A stretch of 20,921 nt of DNA from an uncultured bacterium (GTDB lineage: Bacteria > Schekmanbacteria > GWA2-38-11 > J061), in contig CAZJVM010000045.1 in the NCBI GenBank assembly GCA_964549305.1, positions 1 to 20,921 of the forward strand, in the 5' to 3' direction. A model generated the notes under the pieces. The model worked only from the letters and a program-made list of their open reading frames with translations, was not told where the DNA came from and searched no databases. Of this stretch, positions 1 through 6,741 are shown in pieces. How positions within the stretch are numbered: position 1 is the first letter of the stretch; each line of letters starts with the position of its first letter. A program made the position numbers and the translations under genes.

Positions 1-131
1 CCTTTTGCCGCTACAAGAGGATATGCTCTCGTATAAGATGATGATATATAAAGATTGTCTTCCTCTAAAAACTTTTTAGCTTTTTTCCCCGGAATACTTT
101 TTTTGGCAACTCCTCTTTCTGGCTTCTTCAT
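1..131 (-). CDS. 5' part of a class-III PLP aminotransferase (4-aminobutyrate/acetylornithine aminotransferase family); runs off the window edge
   Basis: Not in the ORF track. ATG at 131 with AGGAG RBS at 140-136. Translates MKKPERGVAKKSIPGKKAKKFLEEDNLYISSSYTRAYPLVAAK, matching the typical 'PGxKA...D..YIS.SY.R.YPLV..G' N-terminus of GABA-aminotransferase-like proteins. Confidence 0.75.
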   Translation of the reverse strand, partial: MKKPERGVAKKSIPGKKAKKFLEEDNLYISSSYTRAYPLVAAK

Positions 132-193
132 ACTACTCCTTTCGAAGTTAAAAAAACTCCATAAGTATGGCAATGCCGAAAATAATTAGCCGC

Positions 194-1348
194 TCATTTA
201 AAAGCTCTGAGTCCCAAAACTTTTTCGCCGATTATCAGTTTTTGTATCTGAGATGTTCCCTCGTATATCGTGGCGACTCTCGCGTCCCGCAAATATCTTT
301 CTGCAGGGAAATCATTGCTATAGCCGTATCCGCCGTGTATCTGAATAGCGCTGTTTGCAGCCCTGACGGCAGATTCACTGGCGTAATATTTGGCTATGGA
401 GCTTTCAAGAGAGCTGTCTTTGCCTCTGTTTTTAAGGTCTGCGGCGCGATAGACAAGAAGGCGCGCGGCATCTCTTTCCACAACCATCTGCGCAATCATA
501 TCCTGAATGAGTTGAAAAGATCCGATGGGTTTGCCGAATGCTTCCCTTTCACGGGCGTATTTAACGCTCGTGTCTATACAACCGTTGCAGATTCCAACGC
601 ATCCCGCGGCAACGCTGAATCTGCCGTTATTCAGGGAATTCATTGCGATACTGAAACCTTCGCCGGGATTTCCCAGGAGGGTATTTTCATCCAGTTCAAT
701 ATCTTCAAATGTGAGAGCGGAAGTATTGCTTGCGCGCAATCCGAGTTTGCCCTCAATGTCGTAACTTGTATAACCTTTTGACGAAGTATCCACTATAAAC
801 GCTGATATACCTTTTGTTTTGTTCATTTCATCCGTGCGGGCAAAAACTATTGCAATGTCGGCGACTCCTCCGCTTGAAATCCACATTTTATTGCCGTTTA
901 GTATCCACTTGCCGCATTTGTTTACAGCGCGTGTTCTGAGATTTGATGCGTCGCTTCCGGCATCCGGTTCCGTAAGGGCAAAGCATCCGATTATTTTTCC
1001 CTTTGCAAGCAGAGGAAGGTATTTTTCTTTTTGTTCTTTTGTTCCGTAGTTCAGTATTACATAGGCAACAAGAGAAATTTGTACGGAAACTGTGGTCCTT
1101 AGTGATGAGTCACCGCGTCCTATTTCCTCTGTTATAAGGGCATATCCCGTGTAATCGAGTCCTTCTCCTCCGTATTTTTCGGGAATGGTACTTCCCAGGA
1201 GTCCAATCTCCGCCATTCTGTTTATCAATTCGCGGGGAAAACGCTTTTCTTCGTCATTTTTTTTTGCCTGAGGTATGATTTCCTCGTCTGCAAATTTCTT
1301 CGCGAGATTTTTAACGGCAATATGTTCTTCTGAAAATTCAAAGTTCAT
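194..1348 (-). CDS. Acyl-CoA dehydrogenase (FAD-dependent), glutaryl/butyryl-CoA dehydrogenase-like
   Basis: Motifs GCFALTEPDAGSD, LNGNKMWIS, KLGLRAS, AIQIHGGYGY and IYEGTSQIQ (catalytic Glu); 384 aa; AAGGGGG RBS upstream. Confidence 0.95.
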   Translation of the reverse strand: MNFEFSEEHIAVKNLAKKFADEEIIPQAKKNDEEKRFPRELINRMAEIGLLGSTIPEKYGGEGLDYTGYALITEEIGRGDSSLRTTVSVQISLVAYVILNYGTKEQKEKYLPLLAKGKIIGCFALTEPDAGSDASNLRTRAVNKCGKWILNGNKMWISSGGVADIAIVFARTDEMNKTKGISAFIVDTSSKGYTSYDIEGKLGLRASNTSALTFEDIELDENTLLGNPGEGFSIAMNSLNNGRFSVAAGCVGICNGCIDTSVKYAREREAFGKPIGSFQLIQDMIAQMVVERDAARLLVYRAADLKNRGKDSSLESSIAKYYASESAVRAANSAIQIHGGYGYSNDFPAERYLRDARVATIYEGTSQIQKLIIGEKVLGLRAFK

Positions 1349-1552
1349 TGTAATCGCCCCCTTATTATTTTCTTACTAATTATTAAGAAATAAAACCAGA
1401 TATTTTGTATTGTTTTTTTTAACGATAATATTAGTGTGTTTACCTGTTATAAATATGTATGAATAAATTTGAATATTGTTCAAATATTTAAACTAATAAT
1501 ACTTTTATTTAAAGTATATGAGTCCAAAATAACGATATATGTGTTTTTTTCG

Positions 1553-1582
1553 TTGAAATTAAATAGTGCTGTAATGTATAGT
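1553..1582 (+). promoter_or_regulatory. Possible sigma-70 promoter for the ORF at 1659
   Basis: TTGAAA(1553-1558)-N18-TATAGT(1577-1582). The region is very AT-rich, so a chance match is possible. Confidence 0.3.
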
Positions 1583-1658
1583 CGCATTTCATTTTTATTT
1601 AGAAAATTGGTCTTTTATTGACAGTGAGAGAATTTATATTTAGACGGAATAATCTATA

Positions 1659-2120
1659 ATGATTGAGAAAAATGGCGGTAAAAACAAATCCAATGACTTT
1701 GTCCTGAAAATAATTATCTTCTTTACCATAGTAATAGCTTCAACAACCCCATTTATCATATTTTATTTAGTGCAGGACGGAAATGCAAGATGCGAAAACT
1801 GTTTTATCGAAAGTATAGGCATTAATGGAATGACTGCCATAATAAAAATAGACGATGATATTGAAAAAGATGCTTATTTTTTAGCCGGCGACAAAATAAG
1901 CGTAACGCCTTTTGAGTCGAATGAGAAGAATACATCATTGATTGGGGTCGTTATAAATAAAAAGTATATGGAAGAACCGGTGGAAGAAAACTCAACAAAA
2001 GCAAAATCTTTTTGTATTTCCGTCAAGATTGATGAAAACCGCTATAAATCCCTTCGTATTGGTGAAAGAGTAATCATATGCAAAGCGGACACATTCAGGC
2101 CTTTGAGAAGTTTCTTCTGA
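1659..2120 (+). CDS. Hypothetical protein, single N-terminal TM anchor plus probable beta-rich extracytoplasmic domain
   Basis: 153-aa ORF; basic N-terminus, then hydrophobic FVLKIIIFFTIVIASTTPFIIFYLV; it is the main ORF filling this gap. Confidence 0.7.
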   Translation: MIEKNGGKNKSNDFVLKIIIFFTIVIASTTPFIIFYLVQDGNARCENCFIESIGINGMTAIIKIDDDIEKDAYFLAGDKISVTPFESNEKNTSLIGVVINKKYMEEPVEENSTKAKSFCISVKIDENRYKSLRIGERVIICKADTFRPLRSFF

Positions 2121-2142
2121 TTTTTTAAAGTGAATCGAAATT

Positions 2143-2172
2143 AAAAAGGGGCGCTTTTTCAAGCACCCCCTT
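2143..2172 (-). terminator. Rho-independent terminator (minus strand)
   Basis: Minus-strand RNA AAGGGGGUGCUU-GAAA-AAGCGCCCCUUUUU: GC-rich stem with G-U wobbles, GNRA tetraloop and U-tract. On the plus strand the wobbles become A-C mismatches, which favours minus orientation. Confidence 0.85.
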
Positions 2173-2370
2173 AGGCAGGAGTCAGGAACCAATCTCACTT
2201 CTTTACTACCAATAGTCATCTACGGGGAAAACATCACCTGCCACTATTTGCAGACAGGAGACAACCTCAACTCTTCATTTCTCGGCTATCATCATTTCTC
2301 GTCAGCGGTTTGCTCGGTCTCATCATCAGGAATATCATCATCAACTAACGGTTGCCATCTGACTGCTGTC
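2143..2370 (-). ncRNA. Candidate sigma-54-dependent small RNA (~230 nt), family unknown
   Basis: Bounded by a sigma-54 promoter (2380-2396) and a terminator (2143-2172) in the same orientation. No convincing ORF between them; internal repeated motifs. Confidence 0.6.
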
Positions 2371-2379
2371 TATAATATA

Positions 2380-2396
2380 TGCATAAATCGTGCCAA
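2380..2396 (-). promoter_or_regulatory. Sigma-54 (RpoN) -24/-12 promoter
   Basis: Minus strand TTGGCACGATTTATGCA against consensus TGGCACG-N4-TTGCW; exact GG-N10-GC spacing; intergenic. Predicted +1 near 2369-2370. Confidence 0.8.
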
Positions 2397-2420
2397 AAAA
2401 ATGAATTATTTATGGAATAT

Positions 2421-2433
2421 TAAATTATTGAAA
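2421..2433 (-). promoter_or_regulatory. IHF-like binding site
   Basis: Minus strand TTTCAATAATTTA against WATCAANNNNTTR (1 mismatch), about 30-40 bp upstream of the -24 element, the usual IHF position in sigma-54 promoters. Confidence 0.55.
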
Positions 2434-2488
2434 TATAAGGAATAAATAAGATGGGAGAAAATGAGTGTTTTAAGAAAAGGGGACATAA

Positions 2489-2505
2489 ATGAGAAAAATT
2501 CTCAT
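2489..2505. promoter_or_regulatory. Perfect inverted repeat; candidate enhancer-binding-protein site (UAS), or hairpin after coaBC
   Basis: ATGAGAA-AAA-TTCTCAT, flanked by ACAT...ATGT; about 120-135 bp upstream of the predicted sigma-54 start. Confidence 0.5.
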
Positions 2506-2519
2506 ATGTGACAAACGAC

Positions 2520-3737
2520 TTATTGTTTGGACCTATTTTTTTTTGTCCTTATCCGGTGAATTCTGTCGAGGATAATATCTGCAATATCCTCTTTCGACAG
2601 TAAATCTAATTTTTCCGGTTTGCTGTTTTTTTTGAGAATTGTGACAATATTGGTATCTGATTCAAAACCCGCGCCCATTGCCGTTATGTCATTTGCAACA
2701 ATGATGTCGCAATTCTTTTCTTTTAGTTTTTTTGCCGAGTTCTTCCGCAGATCATCGCTTTCAGCGGAAAACCCAACTATTATCTGATTTTTTTCCTTCT
2801 TCGCGCCTAATTCCTTCAGAATATCGGCATTTTTCTTTAATGTAAGGTTAAGCTCTTCATTTTTTTTCTTGATTTTTTGTTTTGATGTTTTTTCCGGAGA
2901 AAAATCTGAAACTGCCGCCGATTTTATAATTACTGAAGATTTCTTTGCTTTTTCGATGACTTTGCGCCTCATATCTTTCGCGCTTGTCACTTTGATTGTA
3001 TTTACGTTTTCAGGTGAGGCGATGGATACAGGACCACTGATAAGGGTAACGGATGCACCTCGCTGTACAGCTTTTTTCGCGATTGCATATCCCATTTTTC
3101 CAGACGACGGATTACTGATAAACCTGAAAGGGTCAATATGTTCTCTTGTAGGTCCTGCTGTTACAAGAATTGTCTCACCTTTAAGGTCTTTTTTTTTTAG
3201 AAGAATCTTGCTGACAGAGTTTACTATTGTTTCAATATCCGCAAGTCTCCCCGTACCCCTGTCACCGCAGGCAAGTTCGCCCTTTCCCGGAGGTATGAAC
3301 TTTACTCCTAACTTCTTCAGTGTTTGTATATTATTCTGAACTACGGGATGTTCATACATCTTCGTATTCATCGCGGGCGCAATGACAACTTCCCCCTTGT
3401 AGGAAAGAAAGAAGGTGGAAAGAAAATCATCGGCGATTCCATTCGCGAATTTTCCTATGATATTGGCTGTGGCAGGCGCTATCAAAAGAATATCAGTTTC
3501 TTTGTTCAACGCGATATGCGCAATTTCAGTCTCTGACGGTTCGTCAAACATTCCCGTTATAACACTTTGAGAAGTAAGGTAGCGAAGAGTGAGCGGAGTG
3601 ATGAATCTGCCGGCATTTTCAGTCATCACCGCTTTGACGGACGCGCCTTTTTTTAAAAATTCCCGGGCAATATCGCATGCCTTGTAAGCGGCAATTCCTC
3701 CAGTGATTCCCAGAGCTATTTTTTTCCCTTTAAGCAT
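2520..3737 (-). CDS. coaBC: Bifunctional phosphopantothenoylcysteine decarboxylase / phosphopantothenate-cysteine ligase
   Basis: GITGGIAAYKA, APATAN, PAMNxxMY, LACGDxGxGRL, TAGPTRExIDPxRFISNxSSGKMG, AAVSDF, GFxAE, VAND. Start placed at ATG 3737 (MLKGKKI). Confidence 0.97.
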   Translation of the reverse strand: MLKGKKIALGITGGIAAYKACDIAREFLKKGASVKAVMTENAGRFITPLTLRYLTSQSVITGMFDEPSETEIAHIALNKETDILLIAPATANIIGKFANGIADDFLSTFFLSYKGEVVIAPAMNTKMYEHPVVQNNIQTLKKLGVKFIPPGKGELACGDRGTGRLADIETIVNSVSKILLKKKDLKGETILVTAGPTREHIDPFRFISNPSSGKMGYAIAKKAVQRGASVTLISGPVSIASPENVNTIKVTSAKDMRRKVIEKAKKSSVIIKSAAVSDFSPEKTSKQKIKKKNEELNLTLKKNADILKELGAKKEKNQIIVGFSAESDDLRKNSAKKLKEKNCDIIVANDITAMGAGFESDTNIVTILKKNSKPEKLDLLSKEDIADIILDRIHRIRTKKNRSKQ

Positions 3738-3770
3738 AATTAACAATTTTTCGGTGAGTACGTTTTGCGG

Positions 3771-4271
3771 TTATTCGATTATTATAATTGAATCACCGGC
3801 ATTAACCGTATTTCCTTCTTCCGCGTTGATTTCCTTCACGGTGCCATTTGCCGTTGCCTTCAACTCATTTTCCATCTTCATCGCTTCTATTACTATAAGT
3901 CCCGTGCCTGCTTCAACTTCATCGCCTTCCTTTACGAGGATTTTTACGACTTTGCCCGGCATAGGCGCTTTGATTTGCTGTTTTCCCTGAAAACCGCCCT
4001 TGTCTCTTCTGAATCTTCTTGCCGAACCTTCTTCAAAAACGTCCACAGAAAAGGTTTCGCCGTTTAAATCGACCGTATAGCTTTTATTTTCGTTTTTAAT
4101 GTTTACAAGATAGGATTTGTTGCCAATGATTATTGATAACAATTCCTCTTTGAGAGAAACAGCATCAGCATTGATGTACTCATCGTTGTCGATGATAATT
4201 TTAAACCCCGATTCTGTTTTTTCAACAACAACTGAATGTTCTTTTTCTCCAATTACAATATCAAATAGCAT
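3771..4271 (-). CDS. Biotin carboxyl carrier protein of an acyl-CoA carboxylase, with N-terminal beta-rich (BT-like) domain
   Basis: C-terminal biotinyl domain APMPGKVV...EAMKMENE containing the biotinylated Lys. Confidence 0.93.
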   Translation of the reverse strand: MLFDIVIGEKEHSVVVEKTESGFKIIIDNDEYINADAVSLKEELLSIIIGNKSYLVNIKNENKSYTVDLNGETFSVDVFEEGSARRFRRDKGGFQGKQQIKAPMPGKVVKILVKEGDEVEAGTGLIVIEAMKMENELKATANGTVKEINAEEGNTVNAGDSIIIIE

Positions 4272-4289
4272 TTGCCTTGTTATCCTGAA

Positions 4290-5792
4290 TTATAAGCGGT
4301 TGCCCCACATCTGCCATTTGCCGGCAATCTTCCAGGGGCTTTTGTCTTTGCGCTCCGGACTGTGATAAATGGATTCTTCATCGAGTTTTTTCATCGCGCT
4401 TATTGCGGCGGAAACAATTGCCACCTTTGAACCTTCTTCAGAGTAATCGTTTTTGTGTTCGATAAATCTTTCGATGAAATTCGTGTATGTTTCTCCCTTT
4501 ACGAAGTGCTCGTTTGAAATGATTTTCTTGAGGAAGGGGATAGTGGTGTTTATGCCCGTAATAGTATATTCCGTCAATGCTCTTAGCATTCTGAGGCGCG
4601 CTTCCTCCCGGTTCTTGCCCCATACAACGAGCTTGGAAATGAGAGGGTCGTAATGAACTGAAACCTGATATCCCGAATAAGCGCAGGAATCAAGCCTCAC
4701 ACCGCAACCGCCCGGAGTCCGCATGCTGTAAATGGTTCCCGGTGAAGGAAGAAAATTGTTGTCGGGATTTTCCGCGTAGACCCTGCACTCCATAGAAGAA
4801 CCGTTTTGTATCAAATCTTCCTGGCTGAAAGATATGCTTTCACCTGCCGCAATCTTTATTTGCTGCTGGACAAGGTCAACTCCCGTAACTATTTCGGTTA
4901 TGGCGTGTTCCACCTGAAGACGGGTGTTCATTTCGAGAAAGTAAAAATTCTTTTTTTCGTCAACGAGAAATTCGATCGTTCCCGCGCTCGTATAACCTAC
5001 GGCTTTGACGATTTTCAGAGCTGCCTCTCCCATCTTTTGGCGCATCTCTTCGTTTAAAAAGGGTGAAGGGGTTTCTTCAATAATCTTTTGGTGGCGCCTC
5101 TGAATCGAGCATTCCCTCTCAAAGAGGTGGACACTGTTTCCCTTTTCGTCTGCAAGCACCTGCACTTCGATATGGCGCGGATTTTCAATATATTTTTCTA
5201 TATAAACCGTTTCATCGGCAAATGCGGACATCGCTTCCGAGCGCGCCGCCCTGAGAGATGAGAGCAGGTCTTCCTTCTTGTTTACAACCCTCATACCTTT
5301 GCCGCCTCCGCCTGCCGCGGCTTTTACCATTACGGGGAATCCGATTTTTTCCGCGATTGAAAGCGCTTCGTCATCGGTAGCGTTTTCAGTAGTGCCGGGG
5401 ATAACGGGAATTTTCAGACCGGTTATGAATTTTCTGGCAAATGTTTTGTTTCCCATCTTCTCGATTACTTCAGGGGAAGGGCCTATAAATTTAATATTTT
5501 TTTCAGCGCATCTTTTGGCGAATTCTCCGTTCTCCGACAAAAACCCGTAACCGGGATGGACAGCGCCGGATTTGCTTTTAGCCGCAACATCAAGAATTTT
5601 ATCTATATTGAGATAACTCTCTCTCGATGGTGCAGGACCTATGCAGTATGCTTCGTCTGCATATCCCACGTGAAGGGATGTTCTGTCTGCTTCTGAAAAA
5701 ACGGCTACGCTTTTAATCCCCATTTCATGACAGGCGCGGATTATCCTAATCGCGACTTCTCCCCGGTTTGCCACTAATATCTTTGAAAACAA
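4290..5792 (-). CDS. accC: Biotin carboxylase subunit (acetyl/propionyl/methylcrotonyl-CoA carboxylase family)
   Basis: KILVANRGEVA, HPGYGFLSEN, GGGGKGMR, RECSIQRRHQK, FLEMNTRLQVEH, ECRVYAE, YDPLISKL; TTG start with GAGGAG RBS. Substrate specificity cannot be determined. Confidence 0.93.
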   Translation of the reverse strand: MFSKILVANRGEVAIRIIRACHEMGIKSVAVFSEADRTSLHVGYADEAYCIGPAPSRESYLNIDKILDVAAKSKSGAVHPGYGFLSENGEFAKRCAEKNIKFIGPSPEVIEKMGNKTFARKFITGLKIPVIPGTTENATDDEALSIAEKIGFPVMVKAAAGGGGKGMRVVNKKEDLLSSLRAARSEAMSAFADETVYIEKYIENPRHIEVQVLADEKGNSVHLFERECSIQRRHQKIIEETPSPFLNEEMRQKMGEAALKIVKAVGYTSAGTIEFLVDEKKNFYFLEMNTRLQVEHAITEIVTGVDLVQQQIKIAAGESISFSQEDLIQNGSSMECRVYAENPDNNFLPSPGTIYSMRTPGGCGVRLDSCAYSGYQVSVHYDPLISKLVVWGKNREEARLRMLRALTEYTITGINTTIPFLKKIISNEHFVKGETYTNFIERFIEHKNDYSEEGSKVAIVSAAISAMKKLDEESIYHSPERKDKSPWKIAGKWQMWGNRL

Positions 5793-5967
5793 CGGTATCT
5801 CCTCTCTCTCACAGGTTCCATATTCTACGGTTTAGAGTCTATATGAAGGCATAGTATTTATCAACTTAAAAAACTTCAGGAGAAGGATGAAAAAAAATCT
5901 TTTTAATCAAAATTATGTTATTTATAATAAGTATAAATTATTAAAAAAAAGTAAGGAGAGACGAGAG

Positions 5968-6708
5968 GTGAATGATGTAAAAAGAGATGGGGGGAAGCTT
6001 ATATTTGCCCTTGATGTGGAGTGCTTTGACGATGCCGTAAAATGGGTCGTTATGCTGAAAGAATACGTAAAACTGTTTAAAGTCGGAAAGCAGCTTTTTA
6101 CTGCCTGCGGACCGGATATAGTGCGTGAGATTGTCAGAAACGACTGCAATGTTTTTCTTGATCTTAAATTTCACGATATTCCCAATACCGTGGCGTCTGC
6201 CTCAATGGAGGCGGCGAAACTTGGCGCTTCTATAATAACTGTACACGCATCGGGAGGAAGAAGAATGATTGAAGACTCGAGAAAAGCCCTGAATCTCATG
6301 AAAGAAAAGGGGATGAAAGAGATTCCTCTGATTGCGGCGGTGACAGTTCTTACAAGCATTTCCGATGAAGACCTTTCCGATATAGGATGCGTGTCGGCAC
6401 CGCGCGAGCAGGTTTTAAGGCTTGCCCGCCTTGCGGTGGAAAGCGGCGCAGATGCCATAGTTTGTTCGCCTCTTGAGATATCGTTTCTTCGCGATTCTCT
6501 TGGGGACGGCTTTAAAATAATTACGCCGGGAATAAGAAAGGGAAATGCCGGTGATGACCAGAAAAGGGTTATGTCAGCCCGAAATGCAGTAGAAGCGGGA
6601 GCGGACTTCATTGTTGTGGGAAGGCCTATCAGAAATGCCGTTGACCCTGTAAAAGAGGCGCGGAAAATCGCGGAGGAGATAAGCGCTGTTTCCTCTTTTC
6701 AGCAGTAA
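5968..6708 (+). CDS. pyrF: Orotidine-5'-phosphate decarboxylase
   Basis: LIFALD, FKVG, FLDLKFHDIPNTV, VTVLTS, TPGIR, DDQKR, VVGRPI. Start re-assigned to GTG 5968 with AAGGAG at 5953-5958. Confidence 0.97.
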   Translation: MNDVKRDGGKLIFALDVECFDDAVKWVVMLKEYVKLFKVGKQLFTACGPDIVREIVRNDCNVFLDLKFHDIPNTVASASMEAAKLGASIITVHASGGRRMIEDSRKALNLMKEKGMKEIPLIAAVTVLTSISDEDLSDIGCVSAPREQVLRLARLAVESGADAIVCSPLEISFLRDSLGDGFKIITPGIRKGNAGDDQKRVMSARNAVEAGADFIVVGRPIRNAVDPVKEARKIAEEISAVSSFQQ

Positions 6709-6741
6709 GGGAATAAATCTTTTATAACAAGTGAGACCAAT

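Noticed and set aside
2277-2329. Hammerhead ribozyme (CUGAUGA/CUGACGA ... GAAA on the minus strand)
   Set aside because: Core words are present, but I cannot form stem II between CUGANGA and GAAA, or consistent stems I/III.
2174-2332. CsrB/RsmZ-like RNA on the plus strand (four CAGGA motifs)
   Set aside because: Promoter and terminator both point to the minus strand, and GGA density is low. Kept only as an alternative.
1992-2445. ORFs 1992-2219 (-) and 2248-2445 (+), and an acidic reading LVDDDIPDDETEQTADEK (-)
   Set aside because: The first runs through the terminator and antisense into the 1659 gene, the second runs over the promoter, and the acidic frame has no start codon after an in-frame TAG. 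None has a convincing RBS.
5887-5967. N-terminal extension of pyrF given by the ORF track
   Set aside because: AT-rich promoter-like sequence; a better RBS and GTG lie at 5953-5970.
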